A stretch of 63,144 bases of DNA, the filler included, from Chiloscyllium plagiosum (taxonomy: Eukaryota): NCBI RefSeq assembly GCF_004010195.1. It is 4 parts of one record of this genome, joined end to end, with 100 filler letters (N's around TTAATTAATTAA, not from the genome) between each part and the next. Parts side by side here need not be neighbours in the genome. Positions count along the whole stretch, not along the records: positions 19,919 to 42,026 come from NC_057712.1; 3 more parts are not named here. One strand, written 5' to 3'. The notes beneath the pieces are model-generated. The model saw only the letters and a list, made by a program, of their open reading frames with translations, was not told where the DNA came from and searched no databases. Both the position numbers and the translations under genes were made by a program. Of the stretch, positions 25,121 through 37,504 are shown in pieces. The number at the start of each line of letters is the position of its first letter. The stretch's first letter is position 1.

Positions 25121-26505
25121 TTTACAAAGGAGGAAGACATGGTAGATGGTGAGGCTTGTGAGGGACATTCTAGGGCATGTCAATACGAAAAAAAAATATT
25201 GGGTCTATTGAAAAGCATTAAGGTAGACAAGTCCTCCGGATCTGATGGGGATCTATCTGAGAATACTGAGGGAGGCAGGTGAGGAAATTGCTCGGGCCTT
25301 GTGTAAAATATTTGTATCTCCTTTAGTAACAGAGAGGTCCTGGAGGACTGGAGAATAGCTAATGTTGTTCCTTTGTGTAAGGAGGACAACAGGGATAATC
25401 TGTGAAATTACAGACTAGTGAGCCTTACGTCAGTGGTAGGAAATTTATTGGAAAAGATTCTTAGGCAGCATGGTTTTGTGTGGGGAAGGTCATGTCTCAC
25501 AAACTTGATTAGGTTTTTTTGAGGAAGTGACAAAGGTGATTGATAAGGCAGGGCAACAGGTAGAGTCATAGAGATGTAGAGCACGGAAACAGACCCTTCG
25601 GTCCAACTCATCCATGCCAACCAGATATCCCAAACAATGTAGTCCCACCTGCCAGCAACTGGCCCATATCTCTCCTAACCCTTCCTATTCATATACCCAT
25701 CCAGATGCCTCTTAAATATTGCAATTGTACCAGCTTCCACCACTTCCTTTGGCAGACCATTCCATACACGCACCATCCTCTGTGTGAAAAAGCTGTCCGT
25801 CAGATCTCTTGTATATCTTTCCTCTCTCAACCTAAACCTATGCCCTCTGGTTCTGGACTCCCCCACCCCAGGGAAAAGACTTTGTCTATTTACCCTATCC
25901 ATGCCAGTCATGATTTTATAAACCTCTATAAGGTCATCCCTCAGCCTCCGACACTCCAAGGAAAACAGCCCTAACCTAAACAATCCTGCCACCATAGCTC
26001 AAACCTCCAACCTTGGCAACATCCTTGTAAATCTTTTCTGAACCCTTTCAAGTTTCACAACATCCTTCCGATATTATCAAGGCTTTTGACAAAGTCTCAC
26101 ATGGCAGGCTAATTTGATTGGTAATGTCACATGGAATCAGCAGTGAGCTGTTAAAATCGATAGAACTGGCCTAGAAAACAAACACTAGGGATGGAAGGGT
26201 CGTTTTCTGACTGGAGATCTGTGACCATTGGTGTTCCACAGGGATCGATGGTGGGACCCTTGTTAGTTGTAATATAGAATATATAAAAATGATTTGGAGG
26301 AGAATGCAGATGGCTTGATTAGTGAGTTTGTGGAGAAGGCATGCATTGAGGTAGCTGCTGATAGTGAGGAGGGTTGCCAGAAGATACAGTAGGATATAGA
26401 TAGGCTGGAGACTTGGGTTGAAAAATAACAAATGGAAGTTAATCCAGTCAAATGCAAGGTGATGAACTTTGGTAGACGCAATGCCGGAAGGAAGTATACA
26501 GTAAA
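25121..26505 (+). mobile_element. CR1 RT fragment split by an antisense CR1 3' end (25561-26070)
   Basis: DWRIANVVPL, NYRLVSLTSVVGNLLE, then KAFDK and GVPQGS after the insertion. Confidence 0.8.
25561..26070 (-). mobile_element. CR1/HER1 LINE 3' end
   Basis: RLGLFSLECRRLRDDLIEVYKIM...FKRHLDGYMNRKG* plus tail. Confidence 0.9.
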
Positions 26506-26707
26506 AGACTTGTTGATATGTCCTTTGACATTTTTAGTCACGAGATTCTAAAATCACTATCTTACAAAAAAGTACTATTTTATAGTTTGAAGTCTGGCAA
26601 GAGAAACTTTAATTGAAGATCCAGGTTAAATGGCCTGATAAAGGTGCTTAGCTTAAAATCTTAATTTATTTCCCCTGATAACCTTTAATTTGAAATGCTT
26701 AAAATAA

Positions 26708-27207
26708 NNNNNNNNNNNNNNNNNNNNNNNNNNNNNNNNNNNNNNNNNNNNNNNNNNNNNNNNNNNNNNNNNNNNNNNNNNNNNNNNNNNNNNNNNNNNN
26801 NNNNNNNNNNNNNNNNNNNNNNNNNNNNNNNNNNNNNNNNNNNNNNNNNNNNNNNNNNNNNNNNNNNNNNNNNNNNNNNNNNNNNNNNNNNNNNNNNNNN
26901 NNNNNNNNNNNNNNNNNNNNNNNNNNNNNNNNNNNNNNNNNNNNNNNNNNNNNNNNNNNNNNNNNNNNNNNNNNNNNNNNNNNNNNNNNNNNNNNNNNNN
27001 NNNNNNNNNNNNNNNNNNNNNNNNNNNNNNNNNNNNNNNNNNNNNNNNNNNNNNNNNNNNNNNNNNNNNNNNNNNNNNNNNNNNNNNNNNNNNNNNNNNN
27101 NNNNNNNNNNNNNNNNNNNNNNNNNNNNNNNNNNNNNNNNNNNNNNNNNNNNNNNNNNNNNNNNNNNNNNNNNNNNNNNNNNNNNNNNNNNNNNNNNNNN
27201 NNNNNNN
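26708..27207. other. Assembly gap (500 N)
   Basis: Run of N. Confidence 1.
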
Positions 27208-27550
27208 TCATGAGGGGCGTGGATAGGGTAAATAGACAAGGACTTTTCCCTGGACTGGGGGAGTCCAAAACTAGAGATAATAGGTTTAAGGTGAGAGACC
27301 TTAAAAAGGACTTGAGGGACAATTTTTTCACACAGAGGGTGGTGCATACATGAAATGAGCTGTCAGAGGAGGTTGTGGAGGCAGGTACAGTTACAACATT
27401 TAAAAGGCATCTAGATGGTTACATGAATAGGTTGAGAAAGATACGGGCCAAATGCTGGTTAATGGGGCTAGATCAGTTTAGAATATCTGGTTGGCATGGA
27501 CAGGTTGGACCAAAAAGAGTCTGTTTTGTGCTCTATAACTCTGACTCTAC
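27208..27550 (+). mobile_element. CR1/HER1 LINE 3' end
   Basis: EAGTVTTFKRHLDGYMNR and tail. Confidence 0.85.
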
Positions 27551-28029
27551 GACTTTAACTAAGTGGTGGAACCATGTGTCAATGTGAGATATCAAAAAGT
27601 CTCATTTGGTGCAAGTTATTAGTGTGAAGGGGATGGATGGTCAGTCAAATGGCAGTGGTCCCTCAAATAAGGCATTATACTTGCTAAACAATTCTTCAAC
27701 AGTATTTCTTTCAGAAAATACCTAAGTATTTTCTTTGAAATAAAGCAATTAACAAGTTCAGGTTTTCTAAATGCTACATTGTGAAGATCTCTCTTGTTCA
27801 GACGCAGACCTTTACTGTCTCCTATTCATTTTCTGTTAAGATTGTAACGTATATTAATTAGGAAATTCCAAATTATGTCAAGTTACTTCACAACTCCATC
27901 TACTGGAATGAATGAATAATATTTAGCTGTCACATTATATTGCCTCACGGCCATCTACAGATGAATATTTTGACCCGATTATAGATTTATCACCTTTGGA
28001 ATTCCAGTTATCTTTTGTAAACCACATTT

Positions 28030-28380
28030 TTTAAAAAAATATTTTTATTGAAAAATTTTTCTTTACAAAATTAGCAAGTTACAGAAACATGAAAATATAG
28101 CATCAGAACATGAAAAACAATAATAAACAATGAGCCAACTACTATACTGCTCTACAAAGAAATTAAAGCTACGCTTATTACACATCAATAAATAAATAAC
28201 ACCACTCAACGCAACAAGACCATAGCTCTCAACCTTCGAGAGCACCAATTATTAAACCCACATTTGTTTAAAATTCTTCTTCTCATGGCGTTAGGTTTAT
28301 CAGACCAAACTGTCATGGCTAGACAAAAGCCCTAATCAAAATGGGAGACAGATCTGCTTCCAAGTAATTCAAAAAGCCAC
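28030..28380 (-). mobile_element. L1-clade LINE 3' end
   Basis: Minus strand FLNYLEADLSPILIRAFV* followed by a T-rich UTR, AATAAA and an A-rich tail. Confidence 0.6.
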
Positions 28381-29909
28381 ATATTTTTTTAAAAATAAAA
28401 TATGTATTAAGATATGTAATACTATATTTGAAAAATTGTTTTGAGATCCACATATATCAGGGAATGTCCTCACCATTGTTCAAATCTATATAATACTAAA
28501 CACTGCAACATAATTTAAATTTTAAAAATAGCTACATTTCTTTTGTCAAAGATTGGGAGTGAAAGTGACAGTTTTTAAAAAAAAAATTCCTTTTAGTTGG
28601 GAGTAATGCTGGCAGGCCTGTATTTATCATCCATCCTTAGTTGCCATTTTTCTTTTAAAAAGGTGCAATGTATGACTTTGTTCCTTTTGTCTCATTAAAC
28701 AGGGTACTGTGCACTTATGTATGTAGATTTTAGTATGCACAATTTACATCAAGTTGTAAGCCGAGTTGAACATAAATTGGTTTCTGGTATAACTCTTAGC
28801 ATGCTCCAGATTATTTAATAAATGATTTCTTGCAGAAGATTCACATCAAATGGTAGATATACATACCTTTTTGAGGCTTCCAAGCATGGGCTATTTAAGC
28901 ATGATCAGCATGCGTCCCTCTCCGATTGGTCAATGGGACACGTTTGATATAATCTACCAGTCATTTGGGTTGGGAATTCGTAAGTGATATTTGCATGCCT
29001 TTGATTTTTTTTAATATACTTTTTGTAGCTGAGCACAGTTCTGTCCTGGGAACATTCAATTGTTACTGTTTATCATTTACATGTTTATTATAACCATCTT
29101 GCACCTGTTATGCAAGAGGTGAGACCAATGAACTCATATGTTCTGGATAGAATAGAGTTTTGAGCATTGTAGCTTCCGTTGAATAATAAAAAGGCTTTGT
29201 GGAGTTAGCAGAGAATAAAAACAAAGTTCTGGAAAACCTCATATCTGGCACCACATGTGGAGAAAAAGTAGAGTTAACACTTTGAACTGAATAGGATTTA
29301 TTTTGAAAAAGCATCATACGTGACTTGCCATTACCACAGTTGCTCCTTCCACAGGTGCTGCCAGACCTGATGTTTTTCCCAGAACTTTGTTTATTTCAGA
29401 TTTCCAATAATATATGCAACTTTTGTTTAATTTTACTTTGGAGCGGAATGACTTTCAATCTTATCAACATCAACACTGAGGTAACAGCCAAGGTTTTTCC
29501 AACATAGTTAAATGTTTGGTCAATTGTGACCACTTGGATGTGAAAGATTCAAAAAAAAATTGCAACCAAAAATCAGGATAGGTAGCTGGACCAAACTTGA
29601 ATGTTGTCTAATTCCTATTACAGAATGTAAAACAAAAATCAAAAATGCTGCAATGCTCCAAATCCAAAATAAAAACAAACCAGAAGTATTTGCTGGGCAG
29701 AGTAAGATAAAGTGAGCATTTTGGATCATTAACATTTCACTATTGACTGGAAATCTTGACCCAACATTCCTCTTGTCTTTCAAAGTCTAATATCTTATGT
29801 TCCAGCATTTTCTGTTTTTATCTCCAATTATAAACTTTCTATTGCAAGTTCTGATTGGAGTTGAACACCATGGAATCACCTGTGAATAATCCCTCACTTG
29901 TTCACCTTA

Positions 29910-30505
29910 GATAGAGTCATAGAGATATACAGTAAGGAAACAGAGCCTTCGGTCCAACTCATCCATGCCAACCAGATATCCCGAACAATTTATTCCCACC
30001 CAGCCCATATCCCTCTAAACTCTTCCTATTGATATACCCATCCAGATGCCTTTTAAATGTTGCAATCGTACTAGCCTCCACCACTTCCTCTGACAGTTCA
30101 TTCCATACATGTACCATCCTCTGCATGAAAAAGTTGCCCCTCAGGTCTCTTTATATCTTTCCCCTCTCACCCTAAACCTATGCCATCTAGTTCTGGATTC
30201 CCCCACCTCAGGGGAGAGACTGTCTATTTAGCCTATCCATGCTCCTCATGATTTTATAAAACCTCTATAAGGTCACCCCTCAGTCTCTGATGCACCAGGG
30301 AAAACAGCCTTAACCTATTCAACCCTGGTAACATCCTTGTAAATTTTTTCTGAACCCTTTCAAGTTTCACAACATCTTTCTGATAGGAAGGAGACCAGAA
30401 TTGCATGCAGTATTCTAACAGTGGCCTAACCAATGTCTTGTACAGCTGTAACACAAACTCCCATCTCCTGTACTCAATCCTCTGACCCATAAAGGAAAGC
30501 ATTTA
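29910..30505 (-). mobile_element. CR1/HER1 LINE 3' end
   Basis: LQLYKTLVRPLLEYCMQFWSP...KFTRMLPGL. Confidence 0.9.
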
Positions 30506-32600
30506 AACCTTGTTAAAAAGAGACACATGTTGAAGCCTTTTATCTTGCACTTGTCAGAACTCAGATACAAGAAACCCAACTTCAGGGAGAATACCAATTT
30601 ATACAACATGAGAAGCAGATGCTGATTGCTTGGACCATTGTTTGCCATGAGGATGTAATAGAACTGTTAATTGTCAATCATAGCCACTTAAATTCAGACT
30701 AGGCAGGAAGAATCTGATTGGTCAGAAAGTAGTCATGTGGAATGTAGTAGGATAAGCAAACTCCATCATCCCTTCCTTAATGAAAAATGTAGGCAGTGTA
30801 TATACAAATTCCCTTCTTCCACAAATAACAAGGTCTTGTGTGTTAATCATTGTGCTCTTTTTACTTAAGAGTCTTAAAGAGTTTAGTCAAGGTTGACTGG
30901 ACCAATTTTGGCATGTTTATCTTATGAGGAAGTGTTGAGCAGGTTGGGCTTATTCTGAAGTTTAGAAGAATTAGTGTTGATCATATTGAAACATAGTTGA
31001 TGTTGAGGGGGCTTGATGAGAGGGTAGGTGCTGAAAATATATTTCTCTTTGTGGGATCTAGAACTGGGGGCCCTTGTATAAAAATAAGAGTTCAGAGTAA
31101 TTTCTTCTCATTAAAAGTCACTTTTTTCATATCTTCTACTGCAGATGGTAATCCAGGCTGGGTTATTGAATATATGCAAGACTAGGTTATGAAAGATTTT
31201 CATCTACATGAGAGTCAATGGTTGTCAAGAAGCAGGCAGGATAGCTGAAGTAAGGCCACCATTAAATCAGCCAAGATATTATTGAATCTGATAATAGAAA
31301 TAATCAGTAAATATCCCTGCTTCTTCATGATGGACAGAAAGTCATTGGTGCAGCAACTGAAGATGGTTGAATATAGAAACTAACTTGAGGTAGTCCTGTA
31401 GAACTTTCATGTGGCTGAAATGATTGGCATCCAATAATTTAGTTTCCTAACACAATCAAGGATTTTACCCAAGTCTTGGTGACTTCAGTTTTATCAAGGC
31501 TCCTTAATGCCACCATTGATCAAAACCATTTAATCTCACCTTGGATTAAATTTAATCTTCACTTTGGAATTTCTTAGTTTTGTACATATTTGGATCAAGG
31601 TTGTATGGATCTCTGGAGCAAGAGCCGAGTTGACTCCAACTGAACATTGGTAAGCAGATTTCTAGCTGAACAAATGCCATTTGTTAAGTGTTGTCAACCA
31701 AGTCCTCCATCACTGTGCTGATGATCACGTTTAGGCTGATGGGATGGCAGTTGGCTGGGTAGCATTTGTCCTATGTTTTGCTGATGGCATATATGAGCCA
31801 TTTTCCTCGTTGTTGGGAAGATGTCCGTGTTGTAGCTGGCTTTGTGAAACCTGCTCTGGAATAAGTTTTCAGCATTAAATATGGGATGTTGTGGCCCAAA
31901 CCATTTTCTGTATTTATTGAGTTGAATGGTCATCCGATTCAATGCTAATTCTGCTTTCTCTCCACAGATGCTGCCAACCTGCCTGAGTTTCTCAAGCAAT
32001 TTCTATTTTTATCAATATTTGAGATGCCCATCAAGGTTCTTCTGACACAGAGGCATGTTCCTATCGCTGAGTCAGGAAGCCCAGTTTCAGGTTTCTGCTC
32101 CAATGACGTGTCACTATGTGTCTGAACAGGTTGACCAGAAATACCTTGATCTTTATTCAACCTGTTCAGACATTTTGTGACACACCTGTATAGGTGGTAG
32201 CACTGGAATCCAGGCCCAGCCTGGTCAGGGGCCAGCAATTTCTATTTGTGTTGTTTTGGGAGCTCAGCTATTCATTGATATCATATGGAGCAAATTGAAT
32301 TGGCTGCAGACAGGCATCTATAATTGTAAAGACCTCCGGAGGAGATGCATATGCTTGACACTTCTGGTTGAAGGTGTTGGCTGAATATCTCCCTTCTGGA
32401 CTGCAAAGTCTTTAGTTCTTTTAAAAACCGGTAGTTTGTCTAACAATGTCAAAATCAGATTTTCAATGTCAATAAGCCAGAGATGCCATATGTAATTCCC
32501 TTGTCTGTTTTCATGGTACAGATTGGGCAAACATGGGAGTTTTCATGTATTGTGCATTTACTAGCACTGAAACATTCTACAGATAAGTTGATGAAAATAT

Positions 32601-32903
32601 GAGATTACTTACAGTATGGAAACAGACCCTTTGGCCCAACAAGTCCACACTGACCCTCCGAAGAGTAACCCACCCAGACCCATTCTCCTACATTTACCCC
32701 TTCGCCTAACTCTATGGGCAAATTACCGTGGTCAATTCAACTAACCTGCACATTTTTGGACTGTGGGGGGGAAACCGGAGCAAAAACTCCACATAGACAT
32801 GGGGAGAATGTGCAAACTCCACACACAGTTGCCAGAGGTGGGAATTGAACCCAGGTCTCTGGCACTGTGAGGCCAGTGCTCACCACTGTGCCACCGTGCT
32901 GCC
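32601..32903 (-). mobile_element. HE1-type V-SINE
   Basis: Homologous to 923-1223. Confidence 0.9.
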
Positions 32904-32929
32904 TACAATAGTGGAAAAACTTCCAATAG

Positions 32930-33275
32930 TCTGGCGTAGTGGTATTATTGCTGGACTGTTAATCCAGAGACCCAATTAATGTTGTGGGGATCTGAATTCA
33001 AATCCTGCCATGGTAGAATTTGAATTTCTTAAATAAATCTGGAATTAAGAGTCTAATTATGATTGTGAATCCATTGTTAATTGTTGGAAAATCTAATGTC
33101 CTTTAGGAAAGGTAAATTGCCATCCTTACCTGTGCTGTACATCTCTATGACTCTCTGTTCTGCCCTCTATATGAGTCCAAACCCACAGCAATGACTCTTA
33201 ACTGCCCTCTGGGTTGCTAAGGATAGGTAATAAGTGCTGGCCTAGCCAGTGATGTCTTCATCCCATGAATAAAAT
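32930..33275 (+). mobile_element. SacSINE1-like Deu-SINE
   Basis: Homologous to 12017-12375. Confidence 0.8.
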
Positions 33276-34369
33276 TTTTAAAAATTAATAAAAATTATTT
33301 CCTAATGCTTCATCTTATGATCTAAAGTAAAGTTTCATTGAAATAAGATTGTAATAGCTGAACTTATACTGTTATAACATTCCAACATAAGAGAATTTCT
33401 CGATTTAGTTTTGTTCTGGGCTGAAATAATACATCCAATGCACTGTATCAAAAACTGGTATGAGAATGTTGCATTCAAATATATTAGCTTTTGTGCCCCA
33501 ACAATGACTGTCTAAGTGAAAGGCATTGAGGAGGCATTGTGAAGCGCTGGCCAACATTTCATCAAACCGATGAGGCACAGTATAAACTCATGTATTTCTT
33601 GTACTTTTATCTGATTTTCACAGCAGTATTTTTGTCCAATCATTCGGGACATCATGTGTTCTACCCAGTTCAAAATAACGCAACAATATTTGTGCTTGAA
33701 TGATGCTTTGTAATAATGACAAGCCACAGCACCTGCAATTTCATTATACCAGCATGGTATAATATGTCAAAACATTTTTTCCTCCAAGTGAACTATTATT
33801 TCTAAAGAGCAAAGCATTTGTTTAGAATGTTTCATTTTTATCAGTTTGTATTTTCCCTGATAAGCAGTGGTGTAATTTTTCACATTTTAGAATTTGACAG
33901 TAGAAATCCTTTATTGTTGCAGGCCACTATTTCTGCTCAAGATAACAATTTCTTAATCTATTCCATAAATCTTATTCTATCAATGAATGATAAAAAGCAA
34001 AGTATTCAGGCGTGAAAAGGTTACCCCTCAGGTTTTTTTTATAGATCTTTCCACTCACACCTTTAAATCTATGCTGTCAAGTTTTGGAATCTCCCCACCC
34101 CTACCCCCACCCCCACCCCCACCCTAGGAACAAAACCTGTTGGAACATGGCATGCAATGCTGTTTTCAAAATAAAAGGGCCAATGATTGCTACAAAGATT
34201 TATGCTATTGCCACCAATGAGGATCCTTGTGCTTGGAGACTTGTGCAGGATCCTCCATTGGAATATAGATAGGTCCAAAACATCTCAGGTAAGTAAACGT
34301 GCAACTTTTTGTCTGAGCCAGGTTTGGCCTAGTTTGAAAAGAGGGATTCCAGTCTATGTTGGAAGACAT

Positions 34370-36078
34370 AGGTGTAGAGAATGCTGGATGACTAAAATTG
34401 AGGGTTTAGTTAAGAAAAAGGAGGAAGCACATGTCTAAGATAGATCGAGTGAATCCTTAGAGAATAAAGGAAGTAAGAGTATACTTAAGAGGGAAATCAG
34501 GAGGGCACAAAGGGGACATGAGATAGCTTTGGCAAATAGAATTGAGGAGAATTCAAAAGGTTTTTTACAAATACATTAAGGACAAAAGGGTAACTAAGGA
34601 GAGAATAGGGCCCCTCAAAGATCAGCAAGGTTGCCTATGTGTGGAGCTACAGGAGATGGGGGAGATACTAAACGAGGATTTTGCGTCAATGTTTACTGTG
34701 GAAAAGAATGTAGTGAAATAGATGGTGACATCTTGCAAAATGTCCGTATTACAAAGGAGTAAGTACTGGATGTCTTGAAACTGGTAAAGATGGATAAATC
34801 CCCAGGACCTGATCAGGTGTCCCTTAGAACTCTGTCGAAAGCTAGAGAAGTGATTGCTGGGTCTCTTGCTGAGACACTTGCATCATTGATAGTCATAGGT
34901 GAGGTGCCAGAAGACTGGAGGTTGGCTAACTTAGTGCCACTATTTAAGAAAGGTGGTAAGGACAAGCCAGGGAACTGTAGACCAGTGAGCCTGATGTCAG
35001 TAGTAGGCAAGCTGTTGGAGGGAATCCTGAGGGACAGGGTGTAGATGTATTTGGAAAGGCGTGGTCGGATTAGGGTTAGTGAACAATAACTTTGTACGTG
35101 GGAAATCGTGCCTCATGCACTTGGTTGACTTATTTGAAGAAGTAACAAAGAGGATTGATGAGGGCAGAGGTATAGTTCGTTAGTTTGCAGATGACACCAA
35201 AATTGGAGGTGTAGTGGACAGCAATAAAGGTTACCTCAGATTACAACAGGATCTTGACCAGATGGGCCAATGGGCTGTGGCGTGGTAGATAGAGTTTAAT
35301 TTAGATAAAGGTGAGGTGCTGCATTTTGGGAAAGCAAATCTTAGCAGGACTTATACACTTAATGGTAAGGTCCTGGGGAGTGTTGCTGAACAAAGAGACC
35401 TTGGAGTGCAGGTTCATAGCTCCTTGAAAGTAGAGTTGCAGGTAGAGATGATAGTGGAAAAGGCATTTGGTATGCTTTCCTTTATTGGTTAGAGTATTGA
35501 GTAGGGGAGTTGGGAGGTCATGTTGCATCTGTACAGGACATTGATTCACTGTTGGAATATTGCATACAATTCTGGTCTCCTTCCTTTTCGGAAAGATGTT
35601 GTGAAACATGAGAGGTTTCAGAAAAGATTTACAAGGATGTTGCCAGGGTTGGAGGATTTGAGCTACAGGGAGAGGTTGAATAGACTGGGGCTGTTTCCCT
35701 GGAGGGTTTGGAGACTGAGGGGTGACCTTATAGGGGTTTAGAAAATCATGAAGGTCATGGATAGGATAAATAGATAAAATCTTTTCCTAGTGGTGGGGGA
35801 GTCCAGAACTAGAGGGCATAGGTTTAGGTTGAGAGGGCAAAGATATAAAAGAGCCTAAGGGGCAACTTTTTCATAGAGGGTGGTACATGTACGGAATGAG
35901 TTGCCAGAGGAAGTGGTGGAGGCTAGTACAATTGCAACATTTAAAAGGCATTTGGATGGGTATAGGAATATGGGCCAGATGCTGGCAGGTGGGATGAGAT
36001 TGGGTTGGGATATCTGGTCGGCATGAATGAGTTGGACAGCAGGGTCTGTTTCCTTGCTGTACATCTCTACGACTGTAT
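34370..36078 (+). mobile_element. 5'-truncated CR1/HER1 LINE with internal deletion
   Basis: [62 protein letters not shown], tail. Confidence 0.9.
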
Positions 36079-36084
36079 GACTTC

Positions 36085-37395
36085 ACTGCATTGTGTACTT
36101 TTTCATTACATATCACCAAATCTAGAATTGCCTGTTCCCTCGAGGGCTCTTCCAAACTGCACCAAACAAAAAAACGTAGACATTCCACAAATTAATTTTC
36201 TTGAAATCCATAACCAACATGATTTTTCCACTCCAAACATATTGAAGTCCTTGTGGTTATTGTAATAGTGCCTTTTCTATCTCTTGATTTATTTTCTGCC
36301 CCATATACTGACTACTGCTAGTGGGCCTGTACATAGCACCCATCAAAATCATTTTCCCTTTGCAGTTCTTCAACTCTACCCCCATTGATTCAACACCTTC
36401 TGATCATGTAATCAGTTCATTGTATTGGTTTCATTTCATTTCATTTATCATCAACTCCCTCTACCCTCTCTGCCCATCTGCCTTTCTTTTTGATAGGATG
36501 TGTATCTTTGGATATTTAGTTCTCAATCCTAATCCCTTGCAGCCACACCTTTTGTGATACAAGCTTCTTTATGTTGTTACTTATTTCGTACAGTGTATGA
36601 AACATTTAAGTACAACAGTCCTGTGTTGACTGCTCCCCTTCTCAGTTGGCCCCTTGTCTACTGTGCATTTAGATTCCTGACTCTTTCCATACTCTGTCCT
36701 ATTAAAGGTTCTGGAAATTTTAATGTCCCCTGAGCCCTTCCTCCCCCTTTTTAACTAGTTTAAAATCCTTGTGACCAACCTATTTAACCTTTCCACTAGG
36801 ATTCTGGTGCCAGATTGATTCAGGTGGAGCCTATCCCCATGGAACAGTTGCCTCCTCTCTCATGAAGTGGAATGCTTTTTACCCACACCAGTCCTTTATT
36901 CGTGTGTTTACTATTCTAATTTTCTTATCTCTGTGCCAATATGTACATGGCTGAGATAATATACAAAATCATAACCCTTGAGGTCCTGTTCTTTAAATTT
37001 TGTCCAAACTCCTGACATTCCCCAAATAGGACCTTCTTACCAATGTTGTTGGTTCCAACATGGACCACAACAACTGATCCTCCCCTCGCAATATTCTTTC
37101 AAGCTGGTTCAAGATTTCTCTTACCTTGGCACCATGCAGGCAGTACACCATGTGGAACTCTCAATCTGGTTTACAAAGAATGCTATCTTCCCCCACTAAT
37201 TTAGAGAATTCCTAATCCACTATCATTTTTCTTTTGCTCCCCTCACTTGAACGGTCTCTCATATCATGGTGCAATGGTCAGTTAGCCATTCCTCATCCAA
37301 ACAAGGAGCAGGTACCTCATACCTGTTGGACAAGGTCAAGAGCTGAGGCTCCAACAATGCTAAATTCAGGATCCTTCTACCTGCCTCATAATGTG
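36085..37395 (-). mobile_element. Old CR1 fragment: ORF1 esterase (SGNH) region and start of the endonuclease
   Basis: Minus-strand VVVVHVGTNNIGK at ~37035-37078, typical of the CR1 ORF1 esterase block. Confidence 0.65.
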
Positions 37396-37504
37396 ACGAC
37401 CTTCTGAAATACCACATCCAGGCAACTCTTGCCGCTGAAAACAAAAAGTGCTGGAAAACACCAGATCAGATAGCATTCGTGGAGAGAGAGAGACAGCAAG
37501 CTAA

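Noticed and set aside
26685..27347. Long ORFs spanning 26.7-27.3 kb and 52.7-53.3 kb
   Set aside because: Read through N gaps; artefacts
28700..28750. Possible miRNA hairpin TGTGCAC...TGCACA
   Set aside because: Stem only ~6-9 bp with a large loop; no recognisable mature sequence
33605..33715. Acceptor-like TTTTCACAG followed by a short ORF; similar sites at 3770, 15160, 41135 and minus-strand 59045-59140
   Set aside because: No recognisable protein and no convincing paired donor or frame continuity; expected by chance in AT-rich DNA
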